56,933 nt of DNA, taken from positions 1 through 56,933 of the forward strand of contig DGWX01000062.1 in NCBI GenBank assembly GCA_002395405.1, given 5' to 3'. A program made the position numbers and the translations under genes. Positions within the stretch are counted from its first letter, which is position 1. Each line of letters begins with the position of its first letter. Below the pieces are notes generated by a model, which was not told the DNA's origin, did no database searches, and worked only from the letters and a program-made list of their open reading frames with translations. The stretch is from Christensenella sp. UBA4247 (GTDB lineage: Bacteria > Bacillota > Clostridia > Christensenellales > CAG-1252). Positions 56,501 through 56,933 of this stretch are shown here, in pieces.

Positions 56501-56933
56501 TTGATCACGAAATCGCAGGTAATATTTTCGAAGGTATAGTTCGTGATCGTGGTCAGCGTAATGCCGAACACGGAAGTTAAGATGCTGTCCACCCGGAATT
56601 CGGCAAGCAAAGTTTTAACGACGGGGTTGCCGATCAAGCTCATGACGGAATTGAGCATTTTGTTGAGATCGGTCGTAACCGCGATCCTCGTCAATCCGTC
56701 TTTTTCGGTCTTGGTCGCGCTCTTAACGGCAGAGGAGGTAATGTTGTTTACGAGAGATCCGACCGATGTATTCAAACCGGGGATCGAAATATCCATAACG
56801 CCGTCGATCACGTTTACGACTTTATCGCCGAGCCTGTCCGCAACGTCCAGCGCGTCTCTCAAACTGAAATCGTCCAAATAAACGCTTGCTCCGCCCTTCT
56901 CGTTCGGAACGTTGAGATAGAACACGCTGTTCA
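26536..56933 (-). CDS. Giant surface protein 2 (at least 10,131 codons, 5'-truncated by the window): beta-rich module array with Cys-rich linkers, an Ig-like domain array and a C-terminal Listeria-Bacteroides-type repeat
   Basis: Uninterrupted 30.4-kb ORF. The track 'M' at 56925 is an internal GTG, and the two codons upstream of it (56926..56931, Asn-Ser) are also sense codons, so the true start lies beyond the window. The TGA stop is at 26536..26538. Confidence 0.9.
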   Translation of the reverse strand, partial: NSVFYLNVPNEKGGASVYLDDFSLRDALDVADRLGDKVVNVIDGVMDISIPGLNTSVGSLVNNITSSAVKSATKTEKDGLTRIAVTTDLNKMLNSVMSLIGNPVVKTLLAEFRVDSILTSVFGITLTTITNYTFENITCDFVINVSDGKLTNIDVDLGYGAETFAVDFIMDNEYYGSDSRQVEAIVFPEFTDYRKFGLTNFEVSFKVDLENGSEKQVTIDNLIGGVLTEFFGLSSLGSFGERTLTLGEGTIGLYVDVNAEISWNYNEKNYIELYLYEVTTKGNVLLGTVYYIGTKNSLYVDFSYANLPKFVYEGLNVADVLNSFVTETLASLLGTASEATAEGEAIRSLIVETFGEEGDDYDEALSNITQTGTYAYVAAAGEDRSYAKLDVFDIIVRVLNTMERRPGGRKSVAVTMDRSVILSVVEGLARDASDDLKKAIDAEANDTSVAAVEKDIEAKQKEIEEKEAEIAALERQLADGRSSGSIGIGEIVRLEGRITEENNKLDRLKEGKEILLRAKEQLIADYAADIKSAQDKFDLFASIVNGVNETLSSVDVAIRSIRVELGLISGFGLFLNADVKLTEDTFIRVSLDQLSFGYRPKFIVDKDDFSSAGYSSLEEFSNISLSALLSLSGDTGSLKEVNLGDALGNIVAELACVLGVKEPISGGLDIQVDANIAFDPIKMSNFFGGANVELNLANVELAVKIYKQDASGALGDLVIALYYGEYAAGESAVFVDATGLSISADGTTLPKFMYKIKLEDFFRTAIGAERETPSIPAAAESALSSKQILDIVGGMMGGVYIGDEISVLLADRFIATLIDLLTDDKNTDTVLDLDSSSKVYVRLVDGFEIGAKIAFDTSEGALGYKNPYVAMKVSDISATLARREVVPQSVYESAGREYRDATSLDSIYVQFEADLDYAFSDMQYDFTDFMEELGGIVPNSIGEVLMNTALTFDVKEDFSGRFVLRVSSNFDLSDGLHFNARIELLKDGDLLVRVYFDGLYLYVDAEGLSTLASDGAVYGMDVPKFRIKVSNLSCGCNCEECLNAAYCDGSSCAYGCTCSHCVSESAAEADALDGVIGLFDRIDLTKRGIGVTLMQDSFKRVMSILGVGGLGDSLPRLTPSLRVNFIDGIDVGVKLAYDENNYVDLTVGNLGVQFAHRDLGLDRSQYGELNFGSFGKVSAEVSGSLTVSFEQGNEKLAALVRQFVDGAKFGIDVRRMTRWDLSFDLKANVDLTEMDFSDLSTVSAVVPTAEIYFALFEDDRILGTRELMLALYFDGPSSTAYLRAPWLGVEPISYAVDIDALFLSEVAAAFESLSEAEETAESLGRLAVLMLDQNGISVSISGALIAGVISAMELNVGSLDFEKLIESVKVGITLDGGVSVNLGAVLPGAFVNASIDGIVLGLDKSLSLSSYMYGNGLSKEDYVFLGRGTDLDLSRVSAGITVTLDLETGTFRYDATDSIRSVLDMLKLDDLIGDIASELSLYLGADGNVGAALNAPLTIRLDVNADLASFEFLQFALSVKGGDGSEYAYVAYDSETDTAYVSLGLIGLPEIKITGTSLMEYIRGAISSAEASEPVLSCGCNCDECLQNGTCGKSAATATCSSSCTCTCHYPDLECGCMNPACKTLQSCFHEENGEQVLNEGCDCRVHARKSVLEIINDVVDYVYLDGTVGVVGVVTKANSLAVVTSLLGLKLILPEFVVSANVNLEDVAVDIGILAKDGDDLHLDLGIGIGNLAVGFKSRDLFGDLSRFRDWRELSVGFSVAADVTFSMDGEYAKTITNFVSENIEGEALKVQIGNNTAEDLVTMALGLELAANVTLNGLLEPDAELWLSFYLKTGDGELYGRTSSLISLYYNSAEETQFGKEEALYISGSAYGAENAVRISGLGLHGAVLDLIAPYLQRMQPSAAESEGNGTLEETSGLLAKILQVVFSEEDGLVVSADGGALDLVLSLMRLGSYRLSALVPPTDGLKATLSSDGLSVVLQMNENSFLEVAVHRASLFFDSSLTERTEWKDKIIGNEGITAGASALGEAGAFHIAAEMSVEAKTGATMNEQGEIIGEHVASTEGGYLGALEFLLTSDAQNHAHYSVKVELAASGLKAEGLNLASLKGSALKDAIGKMVSGLKLQATITISDLLVTREGDTVYENGKPVLGVYYDYDETDIVYVRVPAFDLSLQIPNLVDLASILSSLIPEETAEAGGTTEGGFEAPDILKFIDAISLSDTAIAIDLSSQILSRVMLLAGIELTLPEIYSTVTVGNLSSVANSVNEGIGVHVASALLPEFMFDLKIGSFDMYLEETASDLLEPMTDFFGNLQNYATVDSLQANVQFEADLSFGLGENVSNGDGNAWRFESLLSDLDLNFGIGILENLKGHYKLAINASVNVAEGIENLYGLEIYLALYSVDNGAYEKEFSVYYGKGVLGLNFEPLLGVDPFELDLDLGSIVGGIFARNSASAAEDGDPVNAGKKDFASLVSALSGLVSVYVGDRSVALSVAGTVLHTALVFLGYENYFPVTAEGVTPHSTEAMNAIAEGDYTVRLNYDNDTSETFTYSHSYARKKLILSLTGTNVASIRLLSRENGYDRTFNYESEWEKIFDIDARAGTLTWAKSEAFAALKLGTYDVIVVKTNGQTSKFKMTKKISSYTYKEGLHLTGKKVESLVILGAGEAGADIILTPEATIATGAIGDYFAINHYVGGLTLSLGEGIKANLSLKEDTYLEVSVEDVSISMTSAGVERKDKNGEVEIYTDNIKSVRFDFSVDLTARAAKGLSIDLDEAVGSLFDSLLGGLLKDADIAFNVDESIDLDYTLDISANVKFDDNTVDLAHSELSVAIIDRDDDSEVFSVYYVGTEEPTGALYVNIPYFDLKLKINEIDFVSMIDRLGVFSLPSAAAEEGEESGSVSTGALILSMLFGVDLYQNGVQVKFASDLLNIAAKLAGLESVSLPSLKDESKLRLYIDKDIDKLLELDLVFDTNANSSLSLVVNQPEITLNGKMEYKSNLGFFESISEAGSISIDLSASVEIDSSEDNNIDVGSLASLLLAKANKEEERHLLIKTDKATTTYSLNASVILSVSGVYNDLLGLIDGGTLSVSGMLRSLLKDLYAHVSFERMTSVDGTITSEGSLFEAYFYNNCLYVDLSYLGMPKIALPVNLADLIPNGGSAAAESGLLCGCTNPECVSHGGSFDYSHPCRKNALGDRYDGCSCSYCSSSLDETLSLIYNARGLLIKMESAMFAKALSLLDIDATLDMSFNARLHKEDGVSATLTFKGVDGVGDPAYTSVALSVEKPEIVLGGLINGLIEDTSDYGYLNDLEYLHVSFSLDLKALFKNSAEAGVYYMDGFLSELFGGERLPVSLLGDIQGDITLTVAGNVHLKDVNRSEILLRITSEGEDQIVLYYGGEYDLVAYLPWIDDTFNMTFDFDLSKLLGKELTETINGLSERISSAIYNAIGTDAIAAAEEEGENEEEGSSDVLDVALSVIESISLTSAGRIVVHFAGDVVERFTDYMLGSTLSLGDMEYLELYADLIHQEIGLETELRNGANIPNNELSLKLHDYGVALVQKDLGFDKSLYNTTDDYSYLHFKLTGDVSYSFPDGVYDFGGLIKTVADNVNIPVTFQGLRGDFKLNVEMKICVEEIKKSEILIELVWNDNYVVQAYMDMLQGEIYLYLPWFDVQKVLIKNVDTSFISDLLPSASTSEVSAAESSGLASSAAARYATLVARIIDGIVITDGSNPSYGEKGAIVNVSNNFLDVLLSEFASALEIELPIDFTGVKLAIRKNLMTFDLDFENEEQDGFISGEFRIKRFGFTEVNIRPEVTQNVTEFTTLLDYAEESPLVLEYVYVDTELYLGAEFIEQRLNLDDIFMYIFGEGFALKSEVINAAFRLHISGNLNVQRFERSELLIDLYMTSRGVENLFIRGYLVGLDQAIYIDAPLLGLYGVKVTGVDIGKLLGGSNESGESETTADLDCGCDCAECVKNGGCYGTVNGVLTRLCDSNCNCSHCVVPGCTCIHPVCVAMGSCYDENGVKRCDCDCGCTRLSCGCNNMECYLNGSCVGSIKHCEEGCDCTCCVVKGCGCDCEECVQNGSCYDSNGKKICEGDCDCSCTSLTCGCSDPACQARGGCYVNGIRACDGITCGCDCTKLEDGCTCAKCELNGGCYDASGRKLCDEKCSCEHCVLPCGCTNPYCVSIGSCGEFGVYCKDYGEECCSCHAPEKCECNNAECLEKGCVAGYRNVYQVAGETGAVYYDKENDTYYRYVAGEKGAERSDLTNAERATLVSDEATSLPKIVRIEAIHRAGCEEEKCTCSLVYRLACYCRNPECILHGQCIKTFKLIDGKVTPICYCDKNDLFSVGGLVRDAVTKVEFVGMHSGTNTALTNGDWKKYMTIVDGTIAFNDANDYLLAMDDYAWTVKIYTGSSSPFRTLTYKIAGASCVYLNECKCHTGLLACYCTNPNHIKAGTCPMNCEYCNGACRTYYSNSISGIFDNVTFTPAGLSFRSSDTFLASVFYLISGNTIDDIEVPKIAVDFALNYITREKTVQVSGITAQNVTKVELIGKSGTTTLTGSEIASYMTISNGAITFSDGNEKLSALPDYAWTVKIYTSGTSPVATFEYEMYSGTSHDFLANLALRANIAIEQSLNGSYTGNYSTIGIGFGGLTIRSGKQMMDVRDVRDPSVAADFTTYQPMDRLQKITAKAEMHIEIHPENTEVELGPMLNGLFPGIDTLMQIVVDATTWTENTLLNVAVEISLDMNNLERTQIMLTVTKGANPTASSVLAFLFYDGEDEAPKLYAKIPALGIKGTWFGGVTIEDFLSYTVDPLPCGCTNVLCVDNGSCYDEYGVRICDGEDCGCKCAAFECECNCASCVKAGVCDGTRCEANCACDHHASSAAESGALICGCAEEECLVRGSCTPTCPTNCDGSCHFTTTLVVPLSCGCTDPVCLERGSCFSTCKNCGDGSCHDKETAEEMFNSTEDIIFGIAKHITSITISEAAGVQAEFKPSLITNILIALGYDMELSGIDSIGTLRVGFKVDALSDISINAEVDFRNDADADKPSYIRMTIDNIKIDLNKNLLEVPTDLVGSLATYSELTEDSYVNFAFSGEMSFDTSKTVIALGNTISAILGEQVDFNLAFTDGRATFAYKIAGNISLGSIDVKGVLAGKTLDVKKVVQEADLLFEVIDKTNDKTFLSMYVTGGYAYVNLGIIKSAPPVCFDVLSLIETADEEKISTADGDQKKTYDVDYYSDVPELVTIGRMYHYQSGGSPEFRVALKGYAVEKVVIVNNSTDEEITATGDLIDKYFTFTYAGTSSDPRYGDTIVEMPINKEVEALAKDGNNYYTVYIVTEGGAVSLQLKVASADAYVSPSNATIAMIIGVLGNVTFKLDEIVVNLNKNAMKIFEEFFGMSLNAPNADAAVRLGLDDTIYLGATVGISDENGKGVEVDLSLGSFSIEIGKVNLLSLLDAKNSMKSYVQSGVLDTTAYSDVMNDLTTAYASLTADITLNASGDSASSVSGKNSSIFYPNGALFTFGDTFAEMIGNVLVNLGLDSSLNGTYEMTLRAYLKNTDFDTLTLSDLNAYLQISEKNGNSYFEVLTIYFDGMYLYLNLNPEYFPYVSVSSTLIDLDSAIDFWSEDVIVGAAAQAEEDSATNGFNIASVMKLVSGATIGKGKIALNLSENFVGGLLAMLLPEFEGVSLLLDDTYVQVNLLDGEVELGLTTAGVFEPEKYVVFGASSYVGVDYVSQNEAYLKVFNGDAIADLSGSYLLTATLSGGTVRYPINVDDMKKTYLYTDKHVWSEMISVQTNRFRINTGKYESGVYKVTFTLTDGTTRSASATCLLSGTASYVTLNGINPNNIASVRVELSYLRIPLSVSETGVTASTVARAVELTGIETVKISGKSEFDYFFKSVSGNKFTFSKQALSSLGGKSYTAYFFGKTTAVGVKGYTVQTGSDVTITASGITEANLGKIVFVRNFTSSEKAPEFQSYAVNKTEDETIFLDRKGNPFKNYTADQTFSTKIVLKDIEIAPELPARYKSGASAYATGGVYLTNEQKKYTYNYETGAVSSVNGLALSDYVNWREQEYYLTTTLLIDASFKENTVGYSLFGNKTVGLGSVIDEVIGVLRMTESGRLNKTISLKIELKLVAEDVWASSVLFTFAFDDVEAAGAKCAYVYYEGKGENVTSYLYINLDAFELGSYRIEADIVSPIVNAFERARSVDTYSSLGAIVLPCGCSHPDCVEAGSCITYAFGKRVVRCAGTDCTCSHCKLKCGCTDQSCLLNGGCYKDGVRICDGENCGCDCTYLECGCTNQACIDHGGCMSEGGYLLCYVCTSVYCQRSPNHYCVFDEYCDFAGQSEREQCTCRHCMLSCGCTDQECIDNGSCKGENGVLLCANKECECDCKDEAVLPSGGSGSTSLPKSVAQYTPYIDSLVSAIQLGNKMSMIVLNPNVFNNLLLMMGYETYLCNDNFAYIKAELKATTAQGMRDTYIKLASENDDYSVGITLTRFKAESVVSSAGASYTSFNNAHNFASKLSGYLKYPTIDEMEIHLSTSIDLAISGGVETVTIAMKSLFEKSLGLTENDTANLIVDNGEETTRLNLRISLEMFLDLADSSKTELLLEIAQVNPSTNQTTLLIGLYYLNANETAYAALPMLGLSGLKVTGLDLSGVLADVFDISFWNDYTKSSDSAAEAAAAEAPAEAAAASDGVKLKNALWLLLGIDTEDEEAIPSVLQNYIDLINNTGSDMKTDYGTAARFILSMSNSQIGVGLNVSMLMLLIDMLGVNIPSSILGPIEDYKKTFKAELYYDNNDSASPSGWSITLNGYLNKKVSGDDFGTTGSNWVGVTAKVNGAKLRVGSPTNRIGINQRYDSSVSTHIYLPDSKNASDTYAGKSGGTFTYYVGARNTNFDGYKQLENYSDIMQLDVLNFKLNATLDFAVAANTGSGLSLDAYRNQTFEFFEALVECILGSEKGSVTVKRNAASTWSFNINIDLALNFKNFSKTCFKIKVNFSDGYNNLTLLGIYYDGSTLDEDGGSLYLDLSDLGFVKLRASGINLEQTLSKVLDADLKEGGLTIMKDVLKVESIGEIIEKLIREATNVTEDEEESEEDGEESSSAESDKEYTIDNANLTLTLKALAAGSKPQTPYEASLYLDAGMLERFLGLFNIQEGVVSQAIDRVGLPKTIGATLKLKLDEGIDEIGITIDAPERLGTNTRSNTISFAVSSFSIDYTSSNFMALGIDTSEYSALPLGGAIGLANHNGQSWLGSLLESVVDGLYPPKVETDNDDEFRPDSMRIKITQNMDYTDKVGTVVSGQKRSVLLQLSRADSKFIHAIRATLFDVLTDYTDTPGIVSIGKDIGMIAAENYASGIASLLSDALQIIAGHIDRVSVFYSDSDLYLYIQFKISIIFLGDYRPGIDFKVASIDISDMVSGKTVSKYDKPEPLDEEADDEDAIKAAKEHPITGIELNLGYGMIDETTGTIMEKSKQDSVLQSAYGQNANSGIAKTVSSVRIDIDALALKGILDSLSEMIAEFTGTPASVPAQMTYATYRGILGMLKGAIHDAIDPGNTVTRVLVRLLNGAIDAAISSVLGDQVIHVLAKILPFITLKRGDTAYVLVEFDSNRYGGTSLFRKILLRMANNRTGEFYQIVLTSTGIRLGVVDENSVTMDFDGSVVRTLGDVFNIDQNGDGVADYLEDLPDKAKVKYVSGTLEPHDEEDTVSIVWQDSTFLVDPTGDVIQGSTPNASNAVPGSIARPSDGSDKIAITYYLLGSVLNYNKEIPLQVPYSAIRLPKYAEINGVWTPIIKGENLELPLTITPDKVKDLEDYLPKIINVYMTNGYGENGMYYAFDGTEAGGQVVTWDVSEVSDSYAGGKYNLHLTYGTGDTANYHVDIQIIVTPQPISEILGFRWTENGKQVSGNFLTFAAGDHPTLPDRVTAEFGTMGVHEYEIRWTESDFTSGYAGATYYTDAYIGNSEIGYHLYPHIPIVFKSELIVDYKIDESYTFEFDPYKAAVDGLPESKSLYSYPRYVELAFEGETDESGERIYKKTLVDWNLENVDNTYLGSNSSYATFRYGNENIGYQFFRVFVKIKERVFTASMLDTTALDIVTDVDPMYLTRTGDIVVAGIKGSSRIEGYDPTDDNNYPKTVKVTYDAGSNIAYTFSDKDVEWNASSVSVKYNAGVQYVSLKVGNELGGYQTIRLPITIEDRSVTAIDLTSVRAKYEFDPYEENAVDAKWYPENTSGGNKATVVFSSQNSGQYPLTWDLSEVDQSYKGGTFTAYARVGTDSAGYQLVPFTVVVKSKIIKNLQIEALSFDPYDESINPLSMDDYTDASGATVHSPYVKSAIAVFKDDSTHTFSNLIWDITEIGKIWNYKGGSCFVTVKFGNEYGGYQTYSVPVTVACREIASVELNEENTIIFDPYGGVDPRLEANYYERVNVTFSNGEKGVVDVIWDISNVINGYRGFKSASGSDLFEEFPVAIRAGNSVCGYQTYTDIKVRILNREIVGSSITEQKLDVYSDNDLASVVTVTFKDGTERSMNVSWINENYRTDINSIDFPDWDDQDFTADARIGDAIGGYQIITVPVKIYKRLATALYIDNVKVSKDKANVTDDLEIDYERYRIEIDPYENSYDLPSTVRLAFNDGTDTYINAVWDMRNVKIDLEGGVYGGYNPDTHGAILKIGNARTGYINVEFMVVVKNRVLKTVSVGSGRYVPAIYSYDVQTGQKGDLISAIVNDAYLDSAFPNNVYLEFRERTGVNALTSSAPMIKMISNWNLEYRKDANGNNVPVKASFSLGSEKAGDRTYSFDVLTVFRSLTVPEDVVIEINPYQISLPQTLTVNVGGAVGYNFETGKYYALTPDVCGCTCASCVERGYCGTVDPNTGVLTSDCDCGCSCNAIRSTFRLDWSKASIDYNYRGSYREDVLVYIGNSSCGYQPGRIKVRVLDKTVQSVSVEEFEIDPYDYSTLPQSTSVTFTDNTSGELKLTANISNAVKAEGNDAIGFFQGGLYTITAYLGDRTGGYQAQRIKLRVKDRTIKGLLIDGVNVMEEGFTVKTYGEIGGLTKKPDEMLTVLFEGGDSATLKVLWSSVAIDYGYQGAAYTKLGLLVGNAEGGYQRVILDARVERAVALSAVAEEGFLYNTLLGAAGLPENVVVAMDKNSYLSAMTLPAVEWSNTFVVDRENGVYRSSVKVGNEVSGYQWIPVTLPLSEITLLTVQSRVFEIGAYDLIRTDEEGRLLDGNGNLFTLLSEVGEGVYSELYVKLLETPAYSYYGGLFSVKAEVGNELTGYMSETDDGNEILLSVRVNAQLIRTLYVEDNGLKNIVEYYNLPLPQNPYAMPNVKKGDKLVALMQDDSFTELSVVGVYFTQDGVRREGVSYSGGSNIVYEIVVGDDAHGTQTFSYTISVAAKVIDSVPELSDMWVDPFSYTLPKEVTVYFKDGDSASLPALYVANGVNFDSSLVRYTGGSFSVTALVGDDMGGRQSVPFKLNVRQSLVTGLYSDTLITIDQLEARVRLPESLVLTVRNGQGTKTITCSVENGLIDNGNWTVALKDGKYVLVAQDGKTGSWIFENVDLTYTGGTYYAIYLYGNERSGYQKVRVPVEVVEKKIDYEKLQYVSARSSGGVTLAPFETVIRAAIGEYFELPTELWITFEDGTGTEVDVTWNTEGVDLTKAGVYTVSATVLEQTVSVTIEITDDRLVYSDDVVTLFVLPRGGAYSLPSSIRQTIYVKSQAGGFTPQSELAPEMKIDWGVLPSSSVEDSYELEGVISNGTFRWIKKVKLYFHSNYVTFIRTLAPSEAFGSEEGERRAKVEVGSSFTASDLPEILIAVYDGAAEITKTTAANWRVSYALDAEGNILPINGEINDLRVLDTSKAGYRYVLTGEILDRYGREVTFANGENLTYTVEVSENVNIAEMYAVSQNEFIFGETRHIELSLAVGVSIQSIEYLKDGEIVGGVSYDPITGALLADSGYPTDAGEYLARICLVGYEKTAVVESPYIVNAKDVTSEIVVINTLQRYKGGSETYELTYGTRSGGVALRAVYSLIEGEAGSLLGGLPCAVGTYRAVISASGLNYTGSVTVELKVTESITVNFYRDGAKISSTEVGDGMYLAGVPTPTKSGFVFAGWYYDEEGANAFAVSEKVSASNPYVQALTLNLYAKFVSAE
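26539..26769 (-). other. C-terminal Listeria-Bacteroides repeat (Flg_new-type) domain of giant protein 2
   Basis: ITVNFYRDGAKISSTEVGDGMYLAGVPTPTKSGFVFAGWYYDEEGANAFAVSEKVSASNPYVQALTLNLYAKF. The [GY]-x-F-x-GWY-x-D...LYAKW/F pattern is the hallmark of this repeat. Confidence 0.7.
26770..27290 (-). repeat. Two MBG-like units preceding the terminal repeat
   Basis: GYPTDAGEYLARICLVGYEKTAVVESPYIVNAKDVT and GGLPCAVGTYRAVISASGLNYTGSVTVELKVTE resemble the AGxY...NY...I-x-P MBG pattern also seen in giant protein 1. Confidence 0.45.
27300..33960 (-). repeat. Array of roughly 24 tandem Ig-like (Big_4-like) domains of about 90-100 aa
   Basis: Recurrent pattern [LP]P-x-[TS]V-x-V-x-[FY]-x-DG...V-x-W[DN]...Y-x-GG-x-[YF]...[VI]GN-x-x-GGYQ-x-x-x-[VI]P[VI]-x-V-x-x-[RK]. 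By eye I counted at least 15-17 GYQ-type endings (for example GNELGGYQTIRLPITIEDR, GNEYGGYQTYSVPVTVACR, GDAIGGYQIITVPVKIYKR, GNERSGYQKVRVPVEVVEK). There is also a canonical-looking Big_4 unit (LPTELWITFEDGTGTEVDVTWNTEGVDLTKAGVYTVSATV). Confidence 0.6.
30334..30435 (-). repeat. Cys-rich module locus 9 (1 copy embedded in an Ig-like domain, visible aa 8831-8864)
   Basis: CGCTCASCVERGYCGTVDPNTGVLTSDCDCGCSC. It is flanked by Ig-like domain sequence (...LPQTLTVNVGGAVGYNFETGKYYALTPDV | module | NAIRSTFRLDWSKASIDYNYRGSYREDVLVYIGNSSCGYQPGRIKVRVLDK). Confidence 0.8.
37795..38304 (-). repeat. Cys-rich module locus 8 (4 copies, visible aa 6208-6377)
   Basis: CGCSHPDCVEAGSCITYAFGKRVVRCAGTDCTCSHC / CGCTDQSCLLNGGCYKDGVRICDGENCGCDC / CGCTNQACIDHGGCMSEGGYLLCYVCTSVYC...CTCRHC / CGCTDQECIDNGSCKGENGVLLCANKECECDC. 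Confidence 0.8.
42097..42510 (-). repeat. Cys-rich module locus 7 (4 copies, visible aa 4806-4943)
   Basis: CGCTNVLCVDNGSCYDEYGVRICDGEDCGCKC / CECNCASCVKAGVCDGTRCEANCACDHH / CGCAEEECLVRGSCTPTCPTNCDGSCH / CGCTDPVCLERGSCFSTCKNCGDGSCH. Confidence 0.8.
43552..43671 (-). repeat. Cys-rich module locus 6 (variant copy with a His at one Cys position, visible aa 4419-4458)
   Basis: CVYLNECKCHTGLLACYCTNPNHIKAGTCPMNCEYCNGAC. CYCTNPNH aligns with CGCTNPEC in other copies. Confidence 0.7.
43936..44073 (-). repeat. Cys-rich module locus 5 (variant copy, visible aa 4285-4330)
   Basis: CEEEKCTCSLVYRLACYCRNPECILHGQCIKTFKLIDGKVTPICYC. Confidence 0.7.
44284..45063 (-). repeat. Cys-rich module locus 4: about 7.5 tandem copies, 63 Cys in 260 aa (visible aa 3955-4214)
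   Basis: CGCDCAECVKNGGCYGTVNGVLTRLCDSNCNCSHCVVPG / CTCIHPVCVAMGSCYDENGVKRCDCDCGCTRLS / CGCNNMECYLNGSCVGSIKHCEEGCDCTCCVVKG / CGCDCEECVQNGSCYDSNGKKICEGDCDCSCTSLT / CGCSDPACQARGGCYVNGIRACDGITCGCDCTKLEDG / CTCAKCELNGGCYDASGRKLCDEKCSCEHCVLP / CGCTNPYCVSIGSCGEFGVYCKDYGEECCSCHAPEK / CECNNAECLEKGC. The Cys count was done by hand. Confidence 0.85.
47332..47445 (-). repeat. Cys-rich module locus 3 (1 degenerate copy, visible aa 3161-3198)
   Basis: CGCTNPECVSHGGSFDYSHPCRKNALGDRYDGCSCSYC, preceded by GGSAAAESGLL. Confidence 0.75.
52000..52200 (-). repeat. Cys-rich module locus 2 (2 copies, visible aa 1576-1642)
   Basis: CGCNCDECLQNGTCGKSAATATCSSSCTCTCHYPDLECGCMNPACKTLQSCFHEENGEQVLNEGCDC. Confidence 0.8.
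53749..53832 (-). repeat. Cys-rich module locus 1 (1 copy, visible aa 1032-1059)
   Basis: CGCNCEECLNAAYCDGSSCAYGCTCSHC, read directly from the reverse complement. It follows ...VPKFRIKVSNLS. Confidence 0.8.
55312..55629 (-). other. Predicted coiled-coil insert of about 106 aa (aa 433-538 of the visible ORF)
   Basis: DLKKAIDAEANDTSVAAVEKDIEAKQKEIEEKEAEIAALERQLADGRSS...RLEGRITEENNKLDRLKEGKEILLRAKEQLIADYAADIKSAQDKFDLF. The segment is heptad-like and rich in Glu/Lys/Ala/Leu. Confidence 0.5.

Larger units (their letters stand above)
33961..56933 (-). repeat. About 20 divergent beta-rich modules (roughly 270-350 aa each) of unassigned family
   Basis: Each module starts with an amphipathic segment such as SQILSRVMLLAGIELTLPE, DSFKRVMSILGVGGLGDSLP or SDLLNIAAKLAGLESVSLP. 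It ends with SE[IL]-x-[LI]-x-[LI]...[LV]YY...[LA]Y[VIL][DN][LA]...[LV]P[KE][FI]-x-[IL], for example LYVDFSYANLPKFVYEGL, LYLYVDAEGL...VPKFRIKV, LYVNIPYFDLKLKINEI, LYVDLSYLGMPKIALPV and LYLDLSDLGFVKLRASGI. Module boundaries were read by eye. Confidence 0.55.

Noticed and set aside
1-56933. Mobile elements, prophage genes, toxin-antitoxin or defence-system signatures, tRNA/rRNA genes
   Set aside because: I saw no transposase, integrase or recombinase motifs, no inverted terminal repeats, no cloverleaf-like or rRNA-like segments, and no small-gene clusters. Apart from 6759-7002, the intergenic spacers are all under about 110 nt.

Overview
All credible genes in this window lie on the minus strand. 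In transcription order (high to low coordinates) they are as follows. (1) A 5'-truncated giant ORF of at least 10,131 codons (26536..56933), still open at the window edge. (2) A second giant ORF of about 6,229 codons (7737..26426), with a signal peptide, a C-terminal transmembrane anchor and a charged tail. (3) A small ECF-S-component-like membrane protein (7003..7686), followed by a strong intrinsic terminator. (4) After a promoter-containing gap, a housekeeping operon typical of Bacillota/Clostridia: dgt-like HD hydrolase, dnaG, sigA, trmK, nif3-like protein and a COG1579-type zinc-ribbon protein, linked by overlapping or tightly spaced start/stop codons. (5) The first 280 codons of a putP-like sodium/solute symporter that runs off the window start. 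I saw no tRNA, rRNA, CRISPR array, transposase or integrase. The point of interest is the giant-gene pair, which covers 86% of the window. The upstream protein has about 20 divergent beta-rich modules of roughly 300 aa that I cannot assign to a named family. These are punctuated at nine loci by about 23 copies of a 30-35 aa cysteine-rich module (C-x-C-x4-C-x3-G-x-C ... C-x3-C-x-C-x2-C); the largest array has 63 Cys in 260 aa. They are followed by an array of roughly 24 Ig-like domains and a C-terminal Listeria-Bacteroides-type repeat, with no visible anchor. The downstream protein has about 12-14 super-repeats with GLUG-type motifs, followed by MBG-like domains and a membrane anchor. All functional calls come from reading translated motifs by eye; no searches were run.
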